From Squalus acanthias (lineage: Eukaryota): a stretch of DNA of 64,000 nt. How positions within the stretch are numbered: position 1 is the stretch's first letter; each line of letters begins with the position of its first letter. The DNA lies in contig CM059433.1 of assembly GCA_030390025.1 (NCBI GenBank), positions 6,946,001 to 7,010,000 on the forward strand, given 5' to 3'. A program made the position numbers and the translations under genes. Below are positions 12,429-24,035 of this stretch, piece by piece. Under the pieces are notes generated by a model. It was not told where the DNA came from. It saw only the letters and a list, made by a program, of their open reading frames with translations, and did no database searches.

Positions 12429-12890
12429 TTTGCACAGTTAAAGAGGAACTGTCCTCATTTCTTTTAAAATCAATGGCATGCCTCTGTTTACAGAGAGAGG
12501 AAAACCAAAAGAGATGTCTTGCTTTCTTCTTGATGACTTGTATGTAAGGTGTGTTGCAGTGTGATTTATATCATTGCAAACAAAGGACAAAAGATTTGCA
12601 AACATTTATTTCAAGTACAATGTGTCCCGTAAAATGTATTGATTGTACGGAGTATTTAATTAGTGCTGAACTACAACAAAGTAGTAGGGACTCATCTGGA
12701 GAATAAAATGCCCTTCATCAGTACAAAATAAACATCATGCAATTTGTGCTCTGTTTACATCAATCTATGGCTTAGAAATTCGAACTTCTAGCGCTGGCCA
12801 TTTAAGGCCGGTTTTGAAGAAAAATTTGTGGTCACCTTGCTTCCGCCCACTTCTGGCATGGAACGCGGCCGCCGCCATATTGGGCAGGTC

Positions 12891-14042
12891 GGGAACGGTG
12901 GCATTGGGGTTACGTAACTGGACTAGTAATCCAGAGGCCTGGTGTAATGATCCAGAGACTCTCGGCTGGATTTTGTCTTGGGCTCGGGTTGGGGTCGTGT
13001 CACTCGCATTTCGTGTCCCCCCCCCCCCCCCCCCCCCGACTCCAGATAAATGTGGATGAATGATGCAATTTTCACTTAATTGGGCAATTGAGTTCCAGCA
13101 TGTGGGAACCCATGACCCAATTAGTGGTTTCAGTCTGAAAGTCGCCTCTGATGATGTCATCATTACTGACTGGTCTCAGAAGTCTCTGGCTGTTGGTGAG
13201 AGAGGACCTGCCTGGCATTTCATGTGAGTGGACCTGGACGCAAAATGGAGAGAGAGAGAGAGAGAGAGTTTGCATCCAAGTCCTCTCACAGCAAAGGCCA
13301 TGCAGTTTCTGAAGACATTCAATGCATCAGAGGCGACTTTCACACCTAATACTATTACTACCTTCATCACATCTCCATTGTAATAGTGGACCTGCAGCTG
13401 ATAGTCAGCTATCCACTTGTGCTCCCGCCAGGTTTCACTGGAGTGTTTCACATCAGGCGTACTTCACGTCGGAAAAGGGTTAAACTAGCTAAAACATTTC
13501 AAAATGGCATTACAGAGCCAATTTAGGGCTTGTTAAGGGCTTTAATGGCCTCTCCCGCCTCTTGGAGGCGGGACGGAGTCGGGAACCCCGCGACTGCTTT
13601 TGTCAAAATTGCGTGAAGGCAGGATGGGGTCGGGACCCCCGACCCCGCAAATTTAACCCCCCACACGCCTCCAAACCCGACTCCACGGGTCATTCAAAAT
13701 CCAGCCCTCTGAGTTCAAATCCCACCAGGGCAGCTGGGGGAATTTAAACTCAGTTAATTAAATAAATCTGGAATAAAAAGCTAGTATCAGTAATGGTGAC
13801 CATGAAACTACCGGATTGTCATAAAAACCCACCTGATTCACTAATGTCCTTTAGGGAAGGAAATCTGCCGTCCTTACCTGGTCTGGCCTATATGTGACTC
13901 CAGACTCACCGCAATGTGGTTGCCTCTTAACTGCCCCTCTGAAATGGCCCAGCAAGCCACTCAAAGACAATTAGGGATGGGCAATAAATGCTGGCCTAGC
14001 CAGCCATCGACGCCCGCAACCCGTGAATGAATTTTTAAAAAA
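12891..14042 (+). mobile_element. tRNA-headed SINE-like element (LINE head plus LINE tail), split by a Harbinger MITE
   Basis: The head matches the reverse complement of 10508-10821; the last ~75 bp match the LINE 3' end at 43027-43090. Confidence 0.8.
12963..13707 (+). mobile_element. Non-autonomous Harbinger, GGGCTGGATTTT family
   Basis: TIRs CGGCTGGATTTT/AAAATCCAGCCC; TSD TCT at 12960-12962 and 13708-13710. Confidence 0.9.
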
Positions 14043-15047
14043 TGTCGACAGCGCTGCCATTGCCTGCACTCGGCGCAAGTACTTTAATTACCAGGAGCGT
14101 GACATCAATCAGCGTGCAAAGCCAAAAGCTCAGCGATTTTGGACGTCGCTGCTCCTCTTGCCGCCCGCGCATTTACTGTGCTGCTTTGAAATAAGTTACA
14201 CCCAAATAACTGACTTCAATTGTCTTTCAGTTTATTGCAATTTTTTTTTAATGCGATCCAGATCGAGCTGGCTTTTTTTCCGTTGTTGCCTAATTTAATT
14301 CATTTTTTGATCTATTCATCAAGATCAAGAGAATGCTAAACAAAGAAATATTAAGATTTATAGAGGGTTTTTTGTTCTTATTGAAAATATATACCAAGGT
14401 GCCTATAAAATATGCAGTTCCTGTACAACCATAAGCCTAAAATAAGCTTGGAAGAACAGTTTGGAATTTCCATAGTACATGTCTTGTGATCATTGCCCTA
14501 TTTTAACAAGTTGAGCAAGTGGCCAGTACTCACGGGTATCTCTTGCATCCTTAACACTGTAGCAACATCTCGCTTCCATATAATGGCACTACTTCCTTTA
14601 TATTGCACTCAGTCGATTAAACTTTCTGCGTTCGACTTATATTTTGGGCATAATCTCAGGATTTCTCATGCAACTGTTTAAGGACATCTGTGCCACAGTC
14701 TTTCACTTGGAAATGTACTGTTAATAAGGTGACTGCCCGAGAAGGCCACACCGATCCTTTAGACGCGACCTTTGGCCTCTGCTGATGTTACCAAGAGGGC
14801 GTTGCACGGGAGCTTCTGCGCTGCTCTCATTTAAATCAGCGGGCGGCACCAAAATACTGGCGCTGCCTGCGCTCTTTTTGCGGGCGGCTGTTAACCTTGG
14901 CCCGCGGCGGCACCGCCCGTTTTCCGGCTTGATCGAATTTCTAGGCCTATATGTTTTTTACCATCCTTTTTTCTCTTTTTCCCCCACAGGCGCTAGGTGC
15001 CGTACAGTACCAGCCTCCCAAGTGGCATTATTCATGTGTGAGCCTTG

Positions 15048-15425
15048 ACAACAGCAACAACTTACATTGATAAAGCACCTTTAACATAGTAAAACATCCC
15101 AAGGCGCTTTACAGGAGCGTTATCAAAACAAAATTTGACACCGAGCCGCACAAGGAGATATTAGGACAGGCGACCAAAAGCTTGGTCAAAGAGGTAGGTT
15201 TTAAGGAGAGTCTTAAAGGAGGAGCGAGAGGTAGACAGGCGGAGAGGTTTAGAGAGGGAATTCCAGAGCTTAGGGCCTTGGCAACTGAAGACGTGGCCGC
15301 TAATGATGGAGCGATTTAAAATTGGAGTTGTGCAAGAAGCCAGAATTGGAGGAGCGCAGGAGAGCTGTAGGGCTGGAGGAGGTTACAAAGATAGGGAGGG
15401 GCCAGGCCATGGAGGCATTTGCAAA
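15048..15425 (-). mobile_element. L2 LINE 3' end fragment
   Basis: Reverse complement of the L2 3' end. Confidence 0.8.
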
Positions 15426-15443
15426 CAGTGGGTGTCAGCAAAC

Positions 15444-15842
15444 TTTTTTTCAAATTCATTTATGGGGATGTAGGCGTCGCTGGCAAGGCCAGCATTTATT
15501 GCCCATCCCTAATTGCCCTTGAGAAGGTGGTGGTGAGCCGCCTTCTTGAACCGTTGCAGTCCGTGTAGTGAAGGTACTCCCACAGTGCTGTTAGGGAGGG
15601 AGTTCCAGGATTTTGACCCAGCGACGATGAAGGAACGGCCGATATACTTCCAAGTCAGGATGGTGTGTGACTCGGAGGGGAACTTGGAGGTGGTGGTGTT
15701 CCCATGCGCCTGCTGCCCTTGTCCTTCTAGGTGGAAGAGGTGGCGGGTTTGGGAGGTGCTGCCGAAGGAGCCTTGGCGAGTTGCTGCAGTGCATCTTGTA
15801 GATGGTGCACACTGCAGCCACGGTGCGCCGGTGGTGGAGGGG
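15444..15842 (-). mobile_element. CR1/L2-group LINE 3' fragment
   Basis: Encodes VAAVCTIYKMHCSNSPRLLRQHLPNP and HTILTWKYI...FKKAAHHHLLKGN. Confidence 0.8.
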
Positions 15843-16145
15843 TCTGGAGAATCACAGCCGACATGATCCTGTTCTGACACATGTCTACATGTGCGCACTA
15901 CCAGCAGAGCTACTTGAATGGCCATCAAGAGCGAAACTGTGGCCAGGTTTCCCATCCCTAACCTTGGGGCGTTGAGGCCAACTGTTGCACCCCCTGCTGC
16001 CAGTTTGGTCGATACCAGGTAACTTCGCACAGATCAGGAATCTACATGGCCCAGCTACTCACTCGATAAACCCACTGAGCCATCAGGGGAGCGTTTGTGC
16101 CATTTTAGCTGAAAATTTGAATGTACGACTGAAAAATAAGTATCT

Positions 16146-16355
16146 GGGGGACTAGGTAGTTAAGTGGGTTAGAGCACGATATATCCACATCCGGAACTTG
16201 AACTAAAATCCAGTCCAGACTGCAGGAAAGAAAGTCTTCATACTGTTGGGTTTAAAGGTCCCAAGTGAAATAGTTTTGAGACAGCCTCAGTCCAGTTTCT
16301 CAATGGTAGACGTCTACAGTGCAAAAACAGTATTTATTTGGAGGCATATTGGATA
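16146..16355 (+). mobile_element. Ancient tRNA-derived SINE resembling LF-SINE
   Basis: Ordered blocks GGGGGACT, AAATCCAGTCCAG, GTGAAATAG, CTCAGTCCAGTTTCT resemble the LF-SINE consensus as I recall it. Confidence 0.45.
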
Positions 16356-16446
16356 CAGTACTGAGTGCTCCTCTGGCACTTAAATTAAGCTACACCACTG
16401 AGCTCTGCATTCAGCTTGTGACATACCTGACCTGCAAGTTTTCTAA

Positions 16447-16575
16447 TACAAAAGTAAAATACTGCGGATGCTGGAAATCTGAGATAAAAACATAAAATGC
16501 TGGAAATACTCAGCAGGTCAGGCAGCATCTGTAGAGAGAGAAACAGAGTTAACGTTTCAGGTCGATGACCCTTCG
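16447..16575 (-). mobile_element. Penelope-like terminal fragment, family 2, with a truncated hammerhead motif
   Basis: Minus strand reads GAAGGGTCATCGACCTGAAACGTTAACTCTGTTTCTCTCTC...GATGCTGCCTGACCTGCTGAGTATTTCCAGCA. Confidence 0.65.
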
Positions 16576-17432
16576 AAGTTTCTAATACTGACACTGGATA
16601 CAAATATGAAAAATGTTCATTACCCAAAACTGATATTACTCGCATCTCGAGAGCTAGATGTCTTTAGCTGTTGATGCCAATGGTAAAACCTATTATAGAC
16701 AGCAAGTAATATGGCTTGTGCACTTTTAGAGAACTGAACTCGGAGGTGACAGTAGGAACTTGTTTTTTTTTTTGCTTGTGTCATTCTTGACACAGACTCG
16801 GCACCAACAAATTTTGGTGGAAATTTGACATTCCATTACTTAGACTGATGAATAAGTGCTTTCCCAGAAATCATGTAAATAAAATGGAGATGCTAATGGC
16901 ACAATAATAAAGGAATGGAGTTAGCATTTTGGGGCTTTCAGATTATGGCAAAGTGACAATATGCCTGAAAGCCTCATGAATGGGAGTGAACTATCCAGCA
17001 GAGGAAAGTGCACTTTACCAAATGAGAACTTGAATTTATTGTGACAGAAGTAATTTTATAAAAAATTAATGGTGCAAACAAAGAACTTAAAACCAACTTG
17101 ATTGTCATAATTTGGGGTTAAATATTCAATAGGCTGAAAAACCCGCTATCGGTGAAATGGGGAAAAGGCATCATAACTTAATGGAACAACCTGAAGCACA
17201 TTGAGAAGGAAAGATTTTTCACATTGAGGTGGAGTTGAATGTAACTGAAAATTACACGTCCATCGAATGAATCCTGGAGGAGGAACCGGAGGGTCCATAT
17301 GTGTCTTTGTGCTGAAGCAAATGGGCCTGTTCATCCTCTAGGACCAGTGTCAGTGGGCTAACCCCGTAACCTTCTATTACAATGATGTTCTAGCTATTGC
17401 AGTACCAGCTAATAAGCCTGTAACGTGTGCAC

Positions 17433-17815
17433 AACAACTTGTATTTATATAGCGCCTTTAACGTAGTAAAACGTCCCAAGGCGCTGCACAGGAGTATTGC
17501 AAGACAAAAAATTTGACACCGAGCCACATAAGGATAAATTAGGGCAGGTGACCAAAAGCTTGGTCAAAGAGGTAGGTTTTAAGCAACGTCTTAAAGGAGG
17601 AAAGAGAGGTAGCGAGGCGGAAAGGTTTAGGCAGGGAATTCCAGAGCTTAGGGCGTAGGCAACAGAAGGCACGGCCACCAATGGTGGAGCGATTATAATC
17701 AGGGATGCTCAAGAGGGCAGAATTAGAGGAGCGCAGATATCTCGGGGGTGTTGTGGGGCTGAAGGAGATTACAGAGATAGGAAGGGGCGAGGCCATGGAG
17801 GGATTTGAAAACAAG
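17433..17815 (-). mobile_element. L2 LINE 3' end
   Basis: Encodes RYLRSSNSALLSIPDYNRSTIGGRAFCC...LKTYLFDQAFGHLP. Confidence 0.9.
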
Positions 17816-18109
17816 GATGTAGTAAGCAACACTACAGCTGCCATGACCAAGACCACTAGAGGAGTGCATACTATTACACTTTGGGGTTTTGCACTGGATA
17901 TTTTTCTCAGGTTTAGCATCATAGACCATTTCCACGAATTACTTCACTTCCTATGAACTGAATTATTTTTACTTAGGTAACTGTGGCACGCAAAGGGATC
18001 CTACTTAAAGCCCTCGTTGACTGTATTTCAGTTTACTGGATATATCACATGCCACCTTGACTTTAGAAAGCACTGGAATAAACATTCTGTCCTGGCTGAC
18101 TCCACATCA

Positions 18110-18738
18110 TAAAAAAAGCAAACCAAGCACTAAGGTTTATTTCTAGAGGGATAGAATTGAAAAGTAGGGAAGTTATGCTAAACCTGTATCGAACCTTGGT
18201 TAGACCACACTTACGGTACTGCGTACAGTTCTGGTCGCCATATTATAAAAATGATATAGAGGCACTGGAGAGGGTGCAGAGAAGATTTACAAGGATGATA
18301 CCAGAAATGTGAGGGTATACATGAGGATGTATAAGGATGAACAGGCTGGGTCTCTTTTCCCTTTGGAAAGAGAAGGCTGAGGGGTGACCTAATAGAGGTC
18401 TTTAAAATTATGTAAAATTTTGATAAAGTGATTACAGAGAGAATGTTTGCACTTGTGGGGAAGAGCATAACTAGAGGCCATCAATATAAGATAGTCACCA
18501 AGAAATCCAATAGGGAATTCAGAAGAAACTTGCTACCACAGGGAGTGGTTGAAGCGAATAGAATAGATGCATTTAAGGGGAGGCTGGACAAGCATATAAG
18601 GGAAAAGGGAATAGAGGGTTATGCTGACAGATTTAGATGAGGAAAGACCGGAGGAGGCTCGAGTGGAGCATAAACGCCGGCATGGACTGGTTGGGCTGAA
18701 TGGCCTGTTTCTGTGCCGTATATCCTGTGTAATCCTAT
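18110..18738 (+). mobile_element. CR1 LINE 3' fragment
   Basis: Same subfamily as 61375-62222. Confidence 0.85.
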
Positions 18739-19129
18739 CAGACCCAATAGCAGCAATAACAAACTACATTTTTACAGTAGTTATAGATTTAAGTATTCCT
18801 CCTTGGGAAATAGAAAACAGCAAAGTTGCTTCTCCTGCACTAAAACTTGATGTAAAACTGGACCTGAAACAAAATCCCTGACTAATCTTAGGTGGTTGTT
18901 CACTGCTAACCTACCATCGACTGTCTGGCCTTCCCCTCCATCTAATGGCTTTAGAATGATTGCAAAATTGGAGCAAGTTAAACTGAGGTATACCACCAAA
19001 AGTCCTTTGAAATTAAACTGGAACATAGGAAATCCAAAGTGTATCTCTCATAACTACGATGCGGAGATGCCGGTGTTGGACTGGGGTGGACAAAAGTGAG
19101 AAGTCGCACAACACCAGGTTATAGTCCAA

Positions 19130-20022
19130 GGGGTAGAAATTAGGTCGCGCCCCATTTGGGGCGCAAATATCGTCCGGACGCAAATATTAGCGCCTGGCGC
19201 TAATTATCGGCACTGACGGGAAACTTCACTTTTACCGCCCCGGGAGGTGAGTGGAGCGCTAAAGCAGGCGCTGCACACCTCTCTTAAGGCGCAAAGGCCG
19301 AGCAGTGAGGCGCTAACTCGGAGCGCTGGCGAAGCTCATGTAATGTCAGTCAGCAATGGAACACACACACAATGGCACGGGCCAGTTCTTAAAGGGGATG
19401 GTTAATCTTGCTTTCCATCCACATCCTGTTCATTGCTGCCTTGAATCTCGGCCTGGAGAGACTTGCACATCAAATGTGCTGGAAAGAACAATGGAGAGCA
19501 CCAGGCAAAGAGCTCAGAGTGCAGCTCCCACGGTCTCTGCTAAATCGATACAAGGAATGGCAAATCAAAATGAACCTGCAAAGTGCTGCTCAGTACCCAA
19601 AACTCCTTCACACAACGTTGAATCTCTCCAGAAGTCTCTCCCTCTCTCTCTCAGAATGCGTAGTTCAAAAATGCCACCAACAATAAAAGACAGGAAGAGG
19701 CCCCCTTTAAATAGCGCCCCCCCCAGCCCCACAGCGATTGATAGCGTTCCAGTCTTCTGGTCGTTGGAAGCGCCAGGCGGTAAGGCAGGGGGCGCCACTC
19801 AATTTCCGCTACGGGGCGCCCCAAGGGCGTTGCACCATGGAATGACGTCACAATCTGCGCGCGCAGGTGGTCGCAGCGGTAAGTTTTAGCGCCGCCACAC
19901 AATCTCAAGTTAAGTTCTCGAGCGGCGCAAACAGCGCTGCGCCCGGGCGTTAGTGGCTTAACGCCCCATTAGCGCCCTCTTAAGGCGCTAACGGGAGGCG
20001 CAACCAAGTGAATTTTTACCCC
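19130..20022 (+). mobile_element. Non-autonomous Harbinger related to 51090-55224
   Basis: TIRs GGGGTAGAAATT/AATTTTTACCCC; TSD CAA at 19127-19129 and 20023-20025. Both ends are homologous to the large element. Confidence 0.9.
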
Positions 20023-20080
20023 CAACAGTTTTATTTGAAATCACGAGCTTTCGGAGCGCTGCTCCTTCGTCAGGCAAAGT

Positions 20081-20117
20081 TTACCTGACGAAGGAGCAGC
20101 GCTCCGAAAGCTCGTGA
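20081..20117 (+). ncRNA. Minimal type I hammerhead ribozyme motif
   Basis: TTAC-CTGACGA-A-GGAGC/AGC/GCTCC-GAAA-GC-TC-GTGA. Confidence 0.6.
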
Positions 20118-20780
20118 TTTCAAATAAAACTGTTGGACTATAACCTGGGAATTGTGCAACTTCTCATAACTACATTAGGTGGTCAAATATTCATGTGATT
20201 CAAATACAGACAATGCTTGTTGGTCAGACATGGACCTCCTGTGGGTCAGTGGATTCAAATTCAATAGCTTGTTACCTTGCCAGGGTTGTATCAACCTTTA
20301 TTTCACACCTGGGTGGCCTATGAGGTATTCTTACAGGTTGCTTTCACAACAAAGCCAGCAGCTATCAGGTAATATCCCTTCAAATTCATTTTGTTTTATC
20401 CCCAGAAGTACCATAAGAAAAAGAAAGAAGTCAATAGTATTTCTGTCACACATCCATTCATATATGCAAATATTTCTTATATGGTAATTTAGTTTTCTAT
20501 TATAAGCCACAGAACTTTATTTTGTAATTCATAGTCCAATATCCTTTCGCGTTCTAAGCTATAGGGTCTTAAGTGCAGCTTTCTACCTACCAACAGTAGC
20601 CATCTAACAATCATTCCTCCTCCACAAACCTCCCACCTTCTCTATAGTTGGCAAAGATAAATGTGTTGTGTGGATGCCGCCAAGGAAATTGGCACACATG
20701 TTGTGATGATATGCCTGTACTGGCTGAACTTTAATAGAATGGGATTTTCCTGTTACAATGTGTTCCTGTAACAGAATGTG

Positions 20781-21198
20781 TGAGTCAGAAGGTCGTGGGT
20801 TCAACTCCCACTCCAGAGACTTGAGCACAATATCCAGGCTGACACTCCAGTGCAGTACTGAGGAGGTGCTGCACTGCCGGAGGTGCCATTTTTCAGTTGA
20901 GACATTAAACCGAGGTCCCTTCTGCCCTCTCAGTTGGACGTAAAGGATCCCACAGCACTATTTCGAAGAAGAGCAGGGGAGTTCTCCCCGGCGTCCCCAA
21001 TATCTATCCCTCAACCATCGCTGAAACAGATTATCTGGTCATTATCACATCACTGTTTGTGGGACCTTGCTGTGTGCAAATTAGCTGCCGCATTTCCCAC
21101 ATTACAACAGTGACTACATTTCAAAATTGCTTCATTGGCTGTAAAGCGCTTTAGGACATCCTGAGGTCGTGAAAGGTGCTATACAAATGCAAGTTCTT
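20781..21198 (+). mobile_element. Deu-domain SINE
   Basis: B-box-like GGGTTCAACTCCC, Deu core and tail. Confidence 0.9.
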
Positions 21199-21229
21199 TG
21201 CAGCAGATGCAGAGATGGCTATGTGGGTA

Positions 21230-21890
21230 CAGTCCACAGAACCGCAGTTAAATGTGAATATACAAAAGTTGCTGTCCGAGTTGCGCCCCTCCGCCATTAG
21301 CTTTGTGAAAACAGCATCTCGCTTTTAGCCTCCCCGTCTTTTGGGAACTTGCTCTATTTGCCCATTAATCTCGCCACGGAAAGTTAATTCATATCATTAT
21401 AAGTGTAAGTACCCTTTTAATGTATGGTAACTGTTAATGACTGCCAATCAACCTCTCTAGCGATCAACTATTACAAGTGTGGAGTCTCATTCCTTGAGGT
21501 TTTAAATTTTTCAGAGAGATTTTAAAAATGGCAAATTTTAAAATTTTCTCTCTTTTTTCTCTCTCTCTCTCAATCCAATCTTTCTTTCCCTCTCTTTATT
21601 TATCATTCTGTACCTGATTTGACATTGAATTCATCCCCTTTAATTCACCCTCCTTCCCAGTGCTTCTTGTGTTTATTTCCCAATCCTTAAATCTCATTGG
21701 TTCAGGAGATACACAGTTGCTTGCCCTGTTCACTCAGGCCCCAGATGCACCGTTTCCCTCGCTGCGCCGTTATCAGCTCACACTTTCAGCAACTTTGTGG
21801 GGCAAAGATTTTTGAGCTGAAGGGTGGAGGGGAAAGTGTAACTAAAGTCAGTCACCATTAGTTGACCCGCTCCAGCAAATTTTGGCCCAT
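21230..21890. mobile_element. Decayed Harbinger-type MITE
   Basis: Ends in CAGCAAATTTTGGCCC; the interior resembles 4440-4760 in reverse orientation. Confidence 0.45.
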
Positions 21891-22069
21891 TATCTGGTTA
21901 TTATCACATTGCTGTTTGTGGGACCTTGCTGTGTGCAAATTGGCTGTAGATCTTCCTACATTACAACAGTAACAACACTTCAAAAGCACTTCATTGGCTG
22001 TAAAGCACTTTGGGATATTCTGAGGTAATGAAAGGCGCTATAGAAATGTAAGTCTTTTCTTTCCTTATA

Positions 22070-23308
22070 TCGGAGAGGAGGTGAATCCTGATCGAGACAA
22101 GCAAATTATCATGGATAAAAGGAACATTTTAGATAGGTTAATTAGGCTAAAGGAAGGCAAAGTGCCAGAACTCAACAGGATACGACCTAGGTTCCTGAGA
22201 GAGATGAGTGAGGAAATTGCCGAGGTCCTAGAAATAATATTTTAGGGCTCTATTGAGTGTGGACGTGTGCCCAAGGACTGGAGAGTGATTAATGAAGTAT
22301 CCATTTTGAAAAAGAGAGAGAGAACTAATCTGTAATTACAGACCAGTTAGCTTAACATCTGTGGAAGGGAAAATTTTAGAGTCTCTAATAAAGATGAAAT
22401 GACCACATATTTAGATAAAGAGAAAATAGTTAGAAGTGGCCAACATGGATCTTAAGCATGATTCTTATAAAGGACTATTAAGGGACAAATGTCATAGAAT
22501 TCATAGTGTACATGGACTTTAGAAAAGCCTTTGACAAGGTACCACGTAGGAGATTATTAGAGAAGATATGGAATTAGGGGCAGGATAGCAAACTGGATTC
22601 AAAATTGCTTAGAAGGGAGAAAACAGAGAGTAGGCGTTCAGAGCATTATTTTAGAGTGGTCAGAACTTCTGACCAGTGGGTAATGCTGTCCCACGGGGTT
22701 CTGTCTGGGACCATTTCTGTTCACTGTATATATCAATAATTTGGATTTAGGCCTAGAGGGAGTGGTGTCGTAATTTGCAGATGATACCAACATAGGAGGT
22801 ATAGTTAATTCTTTCGAAGACTAAAGGAAGATGGAGGGATGGGCTAAAAAGTGGCAAATGAATAAAATGTCAGTGAGTGTGAGGTGAGGCATGGTAGGAG
22901 GAAATACAAAAACAAAGGAAGAGTAAGAACAACGCAGATTATGGAGTGATATGATGGAAGCATTTAAAATGATGAAAGGATGGGACAGGGTAGATTGAAA
23001 CGGACTATTTTCAGTAGTTGAGGGGTCTATCACGAGGGTCCATAGATACAAGATTAAATGCAAGCGGTTTAGAACGGAGACCAAAAAAATTGTGAGGCTC
23101 TGGTGTTGACTTCCAGACTTAGCGGTTAAGGCAGAAACGATGTCAACATTCAAGATTAGACTGGACAGGTGGATGAAGGAAAAACGGATATGGGAACAGG
23201 ATGGGTAAATGTGATTCGGACTATTTGCTCACATGGAGGGTAAATGCCGACACAGACTGGTTAGTCCGAATGGCCTGGTTCTGTGCTGTAACTTTTATGT
23301 ATTTCTGT
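22070..23308 (+). mobile_element. Old CR1 LINE, RT to 3' end, heavily degraded
   Basis: Remnants of YRPVSLTSV, DFRKAFDKVP and FADDT motifs, plus a CR1 tail. Confidence 0.8.
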
Positions 23309-23910
23309 ACCTGTTGCTTCATATTGATCAAGCAGGGATCTGAAAGGTGGCAACGATGTAGAAGGTGAACATTGTGGTCTTCTTCCCTGGCACCAGCAAC
23401 GTATCATTCTCCTTGTAGAAGGTTAAACAGCACTTCTAGGTTAAATCTAAATCTATGGAAACAATGCATGTGAGACCAATAAATAAACCTAAATGTTGCC
23501 TGTAAATAATGGGAGATGCCTCTCTCTTTCCATTAATCAGGTGAGCCGGTAGCACCAATAGCCATCCACCACTGTGAAGAAAGCTAGCCATCTGTACTCA
23601 GCACCATAATTATTCCAATGCAAAGTGTGGAATAAATAATTAGAAAATGGCCATAAATAATTCTCTAAATGGAATCCCATTTGTGTTAAATGGAGCAAAT
23701 TACCTAACTTACATACATACAAGCAAAATGCAGCCACACACCAAAACGTAACATACGAACTAGACCAATATATGATTTGTCACATAGAGGATACAGCACT
23801 TTAATTTCCTTCTTTTGTGCTTATTCAGGTAAGAGGTATTAGTTTTGGGGAATGGAGGACTTTCCAACTTTTGTCATCCTACATCAGCATCAAGTACTCC
23901 AAGATTAACT

Positions 23911-24035
23911 TTACCTGACGAAGGAGCAGCGCTCCGAAAGCTCGTGATTTCAAATAAAACTGTTGGACTATAACCTGGTGTTGTGCGACTTCTCATTTTT
24001 GTCCACCCCAGTCCAACACCGGCATCTCCGCATCA
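23911..24035 (+). mobile_element. Penelope-like terminal fragment beginning at a hammerhead motif (core CTGACGA 23915-23921)
   Basis: Same sequence as 20081-20166 and 33917-34040. Confidence 0.75.

Larger units (their letters stand above)
12769..14947. mobile_element. Harbinger-type MITE hosting nested insertions
   Basis: TIRs GGCTTAGAAATTCGA / TCGAATTTCTAGGCC (1 mismatch); TSD TAT at 12766-12768 and 14948-14950. Confidence 0.8.
19058..20166. mobile_element. Penelope-like inverted terminal repeat pair, family 1, interrupted by a Harbinger
   Basis: Inverted arms meet at 20075-20083; each arm carries CTGACGA-AGGAGCAGCGCTCC-GAAA-GCTC. Confidence 0.75.

Noticed and set aside
12891..12960. Genuine tRNA genes here and at SINE heads such as 35480-35558
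   Set aside because: No complete cloverleaf; each is attached to a SINE or LINE body.
23311..23435. Minus-strand exon ending CAG/gtacag
   Set aside because: The apparent donor is the junction with a CR1 tail, and no frame gives a recognisable protein.
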